DNA of 64,000 bases from an uncultured Acidobacteriaceae bacterium (GTDB lineage Bacteria; Acidobacteriota; Terriglobia; Terriglobales; Acidobacteriaceae), in the NCBI GenBank assembly GCA_963746625.1, contig CAVVBT010000005.1, positions 97,384-161,383 on the forward strand, read 5' to 3'. The position numbers and the translations under genes are program-made. Under the pieces are notes generated by a model. The model worked only from the letters and a program-made list of their open reading frames with translations. It did not search any database and was not told where the DNA came from. Shown piece by piece: positions 29,465-38,527 of this stretch. Position 1 is the first letter of the stretch. Each line of letters opens with the position of its first letter.

Positions 29465-30503
29465 CTAGCGCCAGTCGTCGCGGGTTTGGGCCTGGTCGGC
29501 GAAGACCTGATCGAAGGCTTCGGTCTTCTTGATGAGGATGTCGCCCTGCACGACGGGTTGGTGGAGAAGCACGGCTTGAAGACGCACAAGTTCGAGCATG
29601 GCGAGGAACATGCAGATGAGAGCGCGCTCGGTGTGGGTGTTGTGGAGCAGGCGGCGCAGGCTTACGGGCTTGTCTTCCATGACGAGGCGGCGCTTGACGT
29701 AGTCGATCATCTGCGCGACGGTGACGGAGTCCTCGTCGACGTCGAGGACCGGGCGTTCGCGCATGCGGTGAAGGATCTCCTGGAAGACGCGGACGAGGTC
29801 GACGGTGTCGGCGGCGATCTCCTGGTCGAGGATTGATTCGTCTGCTCCGGCGGCGAGGGTGTCGCGGCGGAAGTTCTTCAAGACCAGGATTGGTCCAGGT
29901 GGCTTCTTCGATCTGCTGTTTCTGCAGAAGCATCTGGGCTGCGGCTTTGAAGCGCTCATGCTCCAGGAGGCGCTCGACGAGTTCGCGGCGGGGGTCTTCG
30001 GATTCGCCGCCCAAGACGTCGGAGGGGTCGCGCGGGAGCAGGGTCTTCGACTTGATGTGGATGAGGAGCGAGGCCATGTAGATGAACTCGCCGGCTGCGT
30101 CGACGTCGACCTGCTTGAGGTGGTGGGTGTACTCGAGGAACTGGCTGGTGATGCGGGCGATGGGGATGTCGTAGATGTCGATGTTCTGCTTGCGGATGAG
30201 GTCGAGCAGAAGGTCGAGAGGGCCGTCGTAGACCTGGCCTACGGTGACGGAGAACGGGGATTGGGAGGCTTCTTCTTTTTCCTTGTCCTTGTCCTTGGCG
30301 GGGCGCTTTGGTTCGGGTGGTGGCGGCGGGACTGGGGGATGCTGGAGGGCGAAGGGCTCGGCGGGCTCGGGAACGATCGCGTTCGCTTCTCCAGAGATAT
30401 CTACTGCCGACGAAGAGGTTGTGTCGGTAGTCGTCGGGATGGTCTCTTCGGCAGTTGGTTCGGGATGGGGCTTCTCTTCTGGCATCTCGGGTTGTATCGA
30501 CAT
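29465..30503 (-). CDS. scpA: Segregation/condensation protein A, +1 frameshift near 29880
   Basis: YDGPLDLLLDLIRKQNIDIYDIPI, AGEFIYMASLLIHIKS; second frame ICMFLAMLELVR. Confidence 0.92.
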
Positions 30504-30552
30504 CTATTCGGAATCTCTAGTTTTCCCTTGAAATTTGCGGCTTTACAGATAA

Positions 30553-30608
30553 ACCGCAGGTCCTTCGACTCCGGCGGCAAAAGCGCCGCCTCCGCTCAGG
30601 ATGACACA
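30553..30608. repeat. Repeat family B copy with internal hairpin
   Basis: gcaggtccttcgactcc-ggcggc-aaaa-gcgccgcc-tccgctcaggatgacac. Confidence 0.7.
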
Positions 30609-30672
30609 TCTTTTCAATGCAGGTCAGTTAACGCAAATCAATCATTCATCTCAGCCACGGCTGAGCATCCAG

Positions 30673-31782
30673 CTACTCAAGGCCCATCGCCTGACGGACG
30701 TGCTGGAGGGTTTGGATGGCCCGGCGGCGGGCACGGGCGGAGCCATCCCAGAGGATGGCGTCGACGTTGCCGGGGTCGGCTTCGAGGATGCGGCGGCGCT
30801 CCTGGATGGGTGTGATCTCGCGGACGATGGAGTCGGCGAGCCAGCCTTTGCACTCGATGCAGCCGATGCCGGCGGTGCGACAGCCCTGGGCTGCTTCGGT
30901 TTGCACCTCGGAGGTGGAGAAGACCTTGTGGAGGTCGAAGACTGGGCAGACGTCGGGGTTGCCCTTGTCGGTGCGACGGATCCGGGCGGGGTCGGTGACC
31001 ATGGTCTTGAGCTTGGCGCGGAGGTCGGCTTCGGGCTCGGTGAGCATAATGGTATTGCCGTAGCTCTTGGACATCTTGCGGCCGTCGAGACCGGGGAGCT
31101 TGGGGGATGGGGTGAGGAGAACCCTCGGTTCGGGAAGGATTCCTTCGGCGACGTTGTTGGCGGCGATCTCGGCTTCGATGATCTCCTTGTCGGAGTGGTC
31201 GGCGCGGGCTTTTTCGATGGCCGGAGTGGGCGCGGAGCAGTAGAGGGTGTTGAAGCGGCGGGCGACCTCGCGAGTGAGTTCGACGTGGGCGACCTGATCC
31301 TGACCGACGGGGACGAAGTCGGGTTGGTAGAGGAGGATGTCGGCGGACTGGAGGAGCGGGTAGCCAAGAAAGCCGTAGGTATTGAGGTCCTTTTCCCGGA
31401 GCTGCTCCTGCTGGTCTTTGTACGTTGGGACGCGTTCGAGCCAGGGGAGCGGGGTGAACATGCTGAAGAGGGTATGCAGTTCGGCGTGCTGGGGGACGTG
31501 AGACTGGATGAAGATGGTCGAGCGCTCGGGGTCGAGGCCGGCGGCGAGGAAGTCGAGGGCGACCTCGCGGATGTTCTCGCGTAGGGTCTTGGGGTCGGCG
31601 TAGTCCGTGGTCAGCGCGTGCAGGTCGGCGATGAAGAAGTAGCAGTCGTACTGGTCCTGCAGGCGAACCCAGTTATAGAGCGCGCCCATGTAGTTGCCTA
31701 GATGAAGCCGGCCGGTGGGGCGCATCCCCGAGAGAACGCGTGGGTGTGAAGAGAGATGAATGTCTTTTGTGTTTTCCGTCAT
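30673..31782 (-). CDS. trpS: Tryptophan--tRNA ligase
   Basis: SGMRPTGRLHLGNY (HIGH-like), VPVGQDQ, KMSKS; start set at MTEN (31782). Confidence 0.95.
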   Translation of the reverse strand: MTENTKDIHLSSHPRVLSGMRPTGRLHLGNYMGALYNWVRLQDQYDCYFFIADLHALTTDYADPKTLRENIREVALDFLAAGLDPERSTIFIQSHVPQHAELHTLFSMFTPLPWLERVPTYKDQQEQLREKDLNTYGFLGYPLLQSADILLYQPDFVPVGQDQVAHVELTREVARRFNTLYCSAPTPAIEKARADHSDKEIIEAEIAANNVAEGILPEPRVLLTPSPKLPGLDGRKMSKSYGNTIMLTEPEADLRAKLKTMVTDPARIRRTDKGNPDVCPVFDLHKVFSTSEVQTEAAQGCRTAGIGCIECKGWLADSIVREITPIQERRRILEADPGNVDAILWDGSARARRRAIQTLQHVRQAMGLE

Positions 31783-31852
31783 TTGCGTCAAGTGCAAGGG
31801 TAAATGATTCGTGGACGGCACAGCCTGTGGGAAGCTGCCATGATGTGGTGTT

Positions 31853-31990
31853 TTGGGGTAGGCCCCCTCCCCATTACCTACGCATAAACATCCTGCAATC
31901 AGCGCTTTGCGGAGAACCTCAGTCTGCAAAAATGTCATAACAAAGGACTTACGGACAAATTCGTCCAAATAAAGGAGTTAAGTAGGTGAG
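31853..31990. other. Distinct AT-richer intergenic element with AAAGGA(C/G)TTA direct repeats
   Basis: ggggtaggccccctcccc...caaaggacttac...taaaggagttaa; composition differs from flanks; repeat status unverified. Confidence 0.35.
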
Positions 31991-32099
31991 GTTGCGGTTT
32001 CTGGAGCGGGGTGAGCCTCGGGGAGGCCACTGATTGTCAAGTGGGGCGCGGATTCTGATAAAGTTAGCGCGCTCTCATTTCAATTCCCAGGAGTCTGCT

Positions 32100-32888
32100 A
32101 TGAAAAAGTTATCGTTTTTTGTCGCGCTCGCGGGCCTGCTAATACCCACTCTGTCGGTGGCGCAAAGCGTCTTTGACGGCACGTGGAAGATTGATATGAG
32201 CAATGTCGATTTTTCCAAGAAGCCGGATGTGTTCGTGCTGCAGAAGGGGATGTATTCGTGCAAGACGTGCACTCCACCTTACACCGTCAAGGCGGATGGT
32301 AATGACCAAGTTGTCAAAGGACATCCTTACTACGACACGGTCGCAATTAGAGTCGTGGACGACCACACGATCGAAGAGACGGACAAGAAAGCGGGCCAGG
32401 TGGTCGCGACCTCACATTCGTCAGCAGACGGCGATACCCTGCATTTCTCCTTCGTTGACAGCAGCAATACGAATGGCGGTCCTCCGGTAACCGGCAGAGG
32501 CCAGGCAACACGAGTGGAAAAGGGCCCGGCGGGTTCGAACGCGATCTCTGGTTCGTGGCGGACGACCGGGATCCAAGGGCTATCGGCCAATGCCACGGTC
32601 TGGACCTACAAGGTCAGTGGTGACGAGATCACGATGACGGCTCCGACGGGCCAGACTTACACAGCCAAGGTGAATGGCCCCGACGCGCCGATGAAGGGCG
32701 ATCCGGGCGTCACGAGCGTGTCGTTGAAGATGATCGGCAAGGACACGCTGGAGGAGACCGACAAGCGCAACGACAAGGTGATCTCGGTCTTTAAGCTGAC
32801 GGTTGCATCGGATGGGAAGTCGGCCAAAGCAGTCGCTGAAGACAAGCTCGCGAACAGGACGACTGAGTTTGCGGTTGAGAAGCAATAG
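32100..32888 (+). CDS. Secreted protein with two lipocalin-like beta repeats
   Basis: Signal peptide; FDGTWKID and ISGSWRT; duplicated Y.VKADG.D...KG.P / YTAKVNGPD.PMKG.P units. Confidence 0.7.
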   Translation: MKKLSFFVALAGLLIPTLSVAQSVFDGTWKIDMSNVDFSKKPDVFVLQKGMYSCKTCTPPYTVKADGNDQVVKGHPYYDTVAIRVVDDHTIEETDKKAGQVVATSHSSADGDTLHFSFVDSSNTNGGPPVTGRGQATRVEKGPAGSNAISGSWRTTGIQGLSANATVWTYKVSGDEITMTAPTGQTYTAKVNGPDAPMKGDPGVTSVSLKMIGKDTLEETDKRNDKVISVFKLTVASDGKSAKAVAEDKLANRTTEFAVEKQ

Positions 32889-32949
32889 ATTCTCTCGGGC
32901 ATCCGTTTTAGCTTCGGAGGGTGCGGAAAGTCAGATCTGGCGCGGAGAG

Positions 32950-33075
32950 ATTCCCTTAGTGGCTAAAGAGGTGCTGAAAAAATCTGTTTTGACGTGGAAA
33001 GATTCCCTCAGTGGCTAAAGCCACTTTGATTTTGCTCCACTTGCGGCGCGGCTGAAGCCCGCGCCCTTTCAAAAC
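32950..33075. repeat. REP-like family A cluster (one partial copy plus one doublet)
   Basis: gattcccttagtggctaaag; gattccctcagtggctaaagccact; ggcgcggctgaagcccgcgccctttcaaaa. Confidence 0.8.
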
Positions 33076-33097
33076 GACGACTTTTTGAGGAGGCGCT

Positions 33098-33799
33098 CTA
33101 GAGGCGGATGATCATGGTGTCGAAGGTGGATTGCAGTGGGGAGAGGAAGATGCGAAAGATGATGCCGCCGCCTAACAGCATGATGATGATCATTCCGAAG
33201 ACGCCGATGCGATCGTAGATTCGGAGGGCGTTATATGGGAGGAAGTGCCGCAGGATATGGCTGCCGTCGAGCGGTGGGACGGGGATGAGGTTGAAGACGA
33301 AGAGGATGAGATTGAGGAGGACGACGTAGTAGAGGAACAGCGCTACAGGGAAGAGTGGTGGGAGGCCCTCCGTGGGAACTCCGAGAACATGGTGGGCGAG
33401 GGCCATGGCGGTGATGACAGCTGTCGCTCCGCCAGCGATGGCGTGCTTGAGGATGACGAGAAGGATCAGCGCAACAGTCGCCGACAGCAGGTTGCTGATG
33501 GGGCCGGCGAGAGAGACGAGGATGTCGTCGCGCATGTAGTGTTTGAAGTTGCGTGCGGTGACAGGCGTCGGTTTGGCCCAGCCGAAGAGCATGCCTCCGT
33601 AGACCAGTCCGATGATCGGAAAGATGACGGAGCCGAAGGGGTCGAGGTGTTTGAGGGGATTTAGGGTGACGCGGCCGAGCATGCGGGCGGTGGGGTCGCC
33701 GAGACGGTTGGCAGTCCAGGCGTGGGCGCACTCGTGGACGCTGAAGGCGAGCATGAGGACGACGACCTGGAAGATGATGAGGACTACTCCCTGGTTCAT
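33098..33799 (-). CDS. Site-2 protease family (M50) membrane metalloprotease
   Basis: HECAH, AGPISN, FNLIPVPPLDG. Confidence 0.92.
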   Translation of the reverse strand: MNQGVVLIIFQVVVLMLAFSVHECAHAWTANRLGDPTARMLGRVTLNPLKHLDPFGSVIFPIIGLVYGGMLFGWAKPTPVTARNFKHYMRDDILVSLAGPISNLLSATVALILLVILKHAIAGGATAVITAMALAHHVLGVPTEGLPPLFPVALFLYYVVLLNLILFVFNLIPVPPLDGSHILRHFLPYNALRIYDRIGVFGMIIIMLLGGGIIFRIFLSPLQSTFDTMIIRL

Positions 33800-33855
33800 A
33801 TCAGTTTAAGTTTACTGGAGTTGGCGTGATGAGACCGTAAAGATTGCCGTCCGGC

Positions 33856-34149
33856 CTAGGCTCGACGCAGGTTGGTTTCGGCGAGTACTTCGGCGATGAT
33901 ACGGTCGTCGACCCCGTGATTCCGGAGGCTTTCTGTGAGGGCCTGGGCCTGCGAGTTGTCGAGACGTTCAAGATCCTTGCGGAGACCTTGGCCTATATAA
34001 GCCTTCATCAACGGTTGATACCCGGAAAAACCAAGCGTTGGAGCGATCTCTTTGAGATCCTCGATGACATCCTCCGGTACCCGCAGGCTGATGGTGACCA
34101 TGGGACGATCTTTGCGCAGACGGTTTCGTACTTTCTCAGCCAACTTCAT
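33856..34149 (-). CDS. Antitoxin, BrnA/CopG-like
   Basis: RHH-like TISLRVPEDVIEDLK...GYQPLMKAYI; overlaps the toxin 3' end. Confidence 0.75.
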   Translation of the reverse strand: MKLAEKVRNRLRKDRPMVTISLRVPEDVIEDLKEIAPTLGFSGYQPLMKAYIGQGLRKDLERLDNSQAQALTESLRNHGVDDRIIAEVLAETNLRRA

Positions 34150-34432
34150 GTTGTGTCCTCTCTTGTCTGGTTGCCCGCCTGGCAGAGATGATGCGAATGA
34201 CGTCGTTCTGAGCCAGGAGGTGAACAACGAAGAGAGCATCCATGGCTTCAGTCAATCCGATGACCGCCTGCCTTGGTTCATCGTCCGAAGTGGCATCGAT
34301 CAAAACCGCGAAGGGGTCAAAGAAGACGGTGCATGCCAGTTCGAAGGAAACGCCGTGTTTTGCGAGATTGCTACTTGCCTTTTCAGAATCCCAGACGAAG
34401 TATTGCTCGTTGTGCAGGAAGATGACTTCCAC
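34136..34432 (-). CDS. BrnT family toxin
   Basis: FVWDSEKA.SNLAKHGVSFE, LFVVH...IRIISARRAT.QER..HE. Confidence 0.9.
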   Translation of the reverse strand: MEVIFLHNEQYFVWDSEKASSNLAKHGVSFELACTVFFDPFAVLIDATSDDEPRQAVIGLTEAMDALFVVHLLAQNDVIRIISARRATRQERTQHEVG

Positions 34433-34438
34433 AATCTA

Positions 34439-34467
34439 CGTATACATTTTGTATATACATACGTCAA
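34439..34467 (-). promoter_or_regulatory. Sigma70-like promoter with overlapping palindromic operator for the TA pair
   Basis: TTGACG-N17-TATACG, then 6 nt to the GTG start; inverted repeat TATACA-ttt-TGTATA at 34441-34455. Confidence 0.55.
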
Positions 34468-35276
34468 GACGTTTTTGCAGACTGAACCGGGGCGTCTTTT
34501 TCGCGTTTTACCTTAGCGGGGATGCCTACGGAGACAGTGCCCGGGGGGACGGGTTTGGTGGCGAGACCGAAGGCTCCGAGCATGGCGTTTTCGCCTACGT
34601 TGGCTCCGGCGAGGACGGTGGCGTGGTAGGTGACGCGGGCATGAGGGCCTAGTTCGGTGAGCTTGTTGGTGACGTCGGCCTGCAGGTTGATGTTGTGGGT
34701 GTGGGAGTAGACGTTGGCGTAGTCGGAGACGCTGGTGCCCTCGTGGAGGATGATGCCGCCGCGGTCATCGAGCATGACGTTTTTGTGGATGGTGCACCAG
34801 TCGTTGATGGTGAGGTTGTAGCCGTAGGTGAACTCGACGTTGTGGAAGATTTTGACGTGCTTGCCGAGGTGTTTGAAGATGTGGCGACCGAGCATGCAGC
34901 GGAAGCGGAAGCCGAGCCAATGGTTGAGGCCGACGGGCGAGCGATCGAACATCTGCCAGAACCAGATGAGAGGCTTGCGGACGGCGTATTTTTCGGCGTC
35001 GACGTCGCCGTAATACTCGGGTTCGAGGGTGGCGTTGCGCGGGTCGAAGCTCTCGATGAGGGCGTGCATGGCGAGCTCGTGGTTGAGGGTCGCCTTGCTG
35101 GGGCCTCCATAGGGATGCCCGAGATAGAGCTGGATGAGCTCGTCGCGGACGATGATGGAGCGGGTGTTGACATCCTGGTGGCGGTTGAAATCATCGTTGA
35201 GGCGCGCTAGCCAGCGGCGGTAGATGGCTTCGGCTTCGGTGCTGGGCTTGAGTTCGCGGTATTCGTGGACTGCCAT
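34464..35276 (-). CDS. Hexapeptide-repeat (LbH) acyltransferase with N-terminal extension
   Basis: Left-handed beta-helix repeats (LGKHVKIF, INDWCTIH, VGENAMLG) and GIPAKV. Confidence 0.8.
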   Translation of the reverse strand: MAVHEYRELKPSTEAEAIYRRWLARLNDDFNRHQDVNTRSIIVRDELIQLYLGHPYGGPSKATLNHELAMHALIESFDPRNATLEPEYYGDVDAEKYAVRKPLIWFWQMFDRSPVGLNHWLGFRFRCMLGRHIFKHLGKHVKIFHNVEFTYGYNLTINDWCTIHKNVMLDDRGGIILHEGTSVSDYANVYSHTHNINLQADVTNKLTELGPHARVTYHATVLAGANVGENAMLGAFGLATKPVPPGTVSVGIPAKVKREKDAPVQSAKTS

Positions 35277-35301
35277 GGGTGGGTCCCTCTTTGTGAACAG
35301 C

Positions 35302-36028
35302 CTATTCTATGGCGAAGACGGCGTAGACGGTTGCGGATTTTTCTATCTTTTCAGGAGCTATGGCGATGGGTTTCAAATTGATCCTGCTTGAGGCCACAGA
35401 CGCGGATTCGGTATTCAGCACCACGCCACCGAATATCGTCCTCTGCGGGGTCTGATTGCTCGCGTAGACCAAAGGACCCAACTTAGCGTTCAGGCCCTTT
35501 GCCATTCGAGAGGCTATTTGCTGAGCGTGTGCGAGGGCTTTTTGGGCAGCCTCGGCCTCTAAGGCGTCGTCGTTGGCGAGTTTCCACTGAATGCCGCCGC
35601 TGTCGTTTGCGCCTGCGTTGACGGCGACGTGCGATACATCGGCAGCATCTTTTGCGGGAGCCGTGACGTGCCAGGATTGCGTGAAAACGAAGCGAATGCC
35701 TTTGGCATAACGCGGTTTGTCGTTATCATCGATTGCCCGCGAGGTTTTGGTTGGCGCTTTCGATCGCATCAGGCTTGAATTCCCGCATCGTGCAAGGCTT
35801 TAACGATGGAGTTGGAGACGCGGGAGCGTCGGCATAGGTCTGGTCCTGGTCGACGCCATAGGAAGAGAATCCGACTGTAATTACGGCAACATCCGCGACA
35901 GCCTCAGCCTGATCGCTGGTCGTGATGGCGATGGTGCGGTTGTCCTTGTTGACCTGGATGGTCTGGGCAAAGGCCGGGAGGACTGCAAGCGGGGTGATCG
36001 CAAAGGCAAGAAAACGCAGGATTTTCAT
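35302..36028 (-). CDS. SIMPL (DUF541) domain protein, frameshifted near 35820 and 35760
   Basis: Signal peptide, RTIAIT...EAVADVAVITVG, AAQKALAHA..IA..MA..L...LG, TVYAVFAIE. Confidence 0.8.
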
Positions 36029-36207
36029 TGATCTTCTCCGGTGGAGCTTAGCAGGTCGGCGAAGGTGGCTTTGTGTTTCGGCTTGGCGGCGAGTTTCTGT
36101 TTGGGGTCGGGCAGGACGCGCTCGGGCGGCGGGGTGCCGACGCGGTCGCGGGCGTTGGATTTGACGGCTTTGACCTTGGAAAAGACCTGCTTCTTCGGCT
36201 TGCTCAT
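36025..36207 (-). CDS. Small basic hypothetical protein
   Basis: MSKPKKQVFSKVKAVK...; ATGA overlap with the SIMPL start. Confidence 0.6.
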   Translation of the reverse strand: MSKPKKQVFSKVKAVKSNARDRVGTPPPERVLPDPKQKLAAKPKHKATFADLLSSTGEDQ

Positions 36208-36339
36208 CGGCTTTCCTTTTTGGGGCCTGGAAGCCCATGCGTGATTATGCATTACTCTTGCGTGCGAGGGGGGATGTCAGGCTAGGATTGCAGAGGGAGT
36301 GGCTCGAAGGATTGGGCCGCCGGCCGGATGAGGTGCAGC

Positions 36340-36612
36340 ATGGAAGAGCGCGATTTTTTTGATGAAAAAGCGGAGAAAAAGACCCACGTGATGACGTGTC
36401 CTCACTGCGGGCAGCAGGGCGAGTACCAGATTGAGTGGGTGGTACGGAGAAAGAAGGCGCAACTGCCGCGGGGAGCCGATGATCGCGACCGGGCTCGCTT
36501 TGCGAAGGCGCAGAGCTACATGGTTCGGCGGGACGAGCCGATGGGGTGCAAGAATGTGCGGTGCAGAAAGCGCTTTGACGTGGTCGGGATTCAGTCGGTG
36601 GCGTTTATCTAA
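36340..36612 (+). CDS. Small putative zinc-binding protein
   Basis: CPHC and C.N..C.KRF Cys pairs; GAGG RBS. Confidence 0.7.
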   Translation: MEERDFFDEKAEKKTHVMTCPHCGQQGEYQIEWVVRRKKAQLPRGADDRDRARFAKAQSYMVRRDEPMGCKNVRCRKRFDVVGIQSVAFI

Positions 36613-36772
36613 GGATTGCAATCTGGGGATTATCTGGGGAACGGATTGTGCGATGTTTCTTCCGTCCATGGTGTGAGCGGGACGGCTGTGATTTAATACG
36701 ATTCGAGCGGCTGATCCCCTCGGGGAGTCGGCTCGGCCTTCGAACCAACGATACGCGGAGACCAGAGACGTA

Positions 36773-37058
36773 ATGGCGAACACACTGCTTCCCATCGAAG
36801 AACGCAATCTGACACCGGATCAGGTGGAACTGCTGGACAAGCGCCGCCGTCGCGGACAGCTTTTTCTGGTGCTCTGCCTGCAGACGTTTGATCATCGGCA
36901 CTCTGGTGACGCTGTGGGCTGGGCAGGACTGGACACTGTCGCCGGGGTGGACGCACCCGATGGTGTACTGGGATGCGACAATGTTTACGCTTTCGCTGAT
37001 CTTCGGCGTTGCCGGGGTTCGGCTGAAGCGCGGAAGCAACGAGTTCATCAGCTACTAA
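36773..37058 (+). CDS. Small two-TM membrane protein, +1 frameshift near 36887
   Basis: MANTLLPIEER...LCLQT joins LIIGTLVTLWAG...GSNEFISY* in the next frame. Confidence 0.6.
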
Positions 37059-37272
37059 GCCGGGAACTTCGGCGAAGATAGACCGGACGCCGTTGCGGGT
37101 TCGAGACTGTCCGGAGATCCGCGGTCACGCAGAGCACTTCGACCTGAAAGATGCCGGTTTCCGCCGGCGCGGGCGAGAATTGTGTATGACTACGGTTGAG
37201 GGTTGGCTATACTGGGCTTCCTGCAAAACTGATACATTTTCCGAGCCTTGACATCTCATAGGAATGAAGCAG

Positions 37273-38397
37273 ATGGCGGCGGCGATGTCCCCTTTTTCCC
37301 TGATCCTCGAGGAAGCAAACACTGCGGTGCTGGAACCTGAAGCGTCGAAGAGGCTATGCCCCGTGGCGGGCAGGCTGCGGGACAGGTTTGGCCGGGCGAT
37401 TACGGATCTTGCGCGTCTCAGTGACGGACCGCTGCAACTACAAATGCGTTTATTGCCGGACGGGCAACGAAGGCGCTCAGTATACGGAGTTGGCAATCGC
37501 CGACTATCTGCGGATGGTGCGGCTGTTTGTCTCGCTTGGGGTGGAGAAGATCCGGCTGACCGGAGGCGAGCCGCTGCTGCGAAGGGCCTGGTGGAGATGG
37601 TGCGCGAACTAGCGGCGATGCGCACGGCTTACCTGCCGGATGGGAGCTTCGCCGACGGGAATGGGGATAGCCGCTCGATATTGCGCTGACCACTAATGGA
37701 CATCTGCTGGAGGGGCTGGCTGCAGCCACTGAAGGAAGCGGGGTTGAACCGCGTGACGGTCAGCATGGATGCGGTGGACGCGGAGACGTTTGCGGCGATT
37801 ACACGCGTGCCGCGCAGCTTCGACCAGGTGCTGGCAGGCGTTCGCGAGGCAAAGGCGGCGGGGCTGGGGCCGGTGAAGGTGAACTGCGTTCTGCTGCGCG
37901 GATTCAACGATTCGGCAGATCGAACAGTTTGCGGAGTTTTCGCGGCGCGAGGGCGTGATCGTGCGCTTCATCGAGTGGATGCCGCTGGAAGAAGACCGCA
38001 GCTGGAAGACGGGAGACCGTGGTCTCGATGGACGAGATCGTGGCGCGGCTCGATGCGTATCGTCCCGCTGGTGGAGCTGGCTCCGAACGCGGCGAGCGAG
38101 ACGGCGAAGCGATTCACGTTTGACGATGGAGTTGGCGAGATCGGAATTATCGCGCCGGTGTCGCGGCCGTTTTGCGGGCACTGCAGCCGGGTGCGTCTGA
38201 CTTCCGATGGAAAGATTCGGACGTGCCTGTTCTCGCAGAGCGACCATGATCTGTATGGCGAGATGGTGCGCGGGGGAACCGATGCGGAGCTGGCTGCGTA
38301 TATCCGCAGGATCGTGATGCGCAAAGAGGCGCGTCACCACATCGGCGAACCGGGATTTCAGAAGCCGTCGCGCAACATGGTCCATATCGGCGGCTGA
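37273..38397 (+). CDS. moaA: GTP 3',8-cyclase MoaA, broken by about 6 single-base indels
   Basis: [61 protein letters not shown]. Confidence 0.88.
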
Positions 38398-38527
38398 ATG
38401 TGTGCGTTATCAATGCGGGAACATTGCGAAGTAGAAACAATTTGTTATTTGGATGAAGAAATGTAGCGTGATATCTGATATATGACTCTCTCGAGGGACT
38501 CGTTGAAAGATAGACGGCAGTTTCCAG

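Noticed and set aside
31783-31968. N-terminal extension of TrpS in the ORF track
   Set aside because: Runs through the intergenic element and has no aaRS-like content
37200-37272. Moco riboswitch upstream of moaA
   Set aside because: Only a short AACTGATAC similarity; the roughly 60-nt leader is too short and lacks the conserved stems
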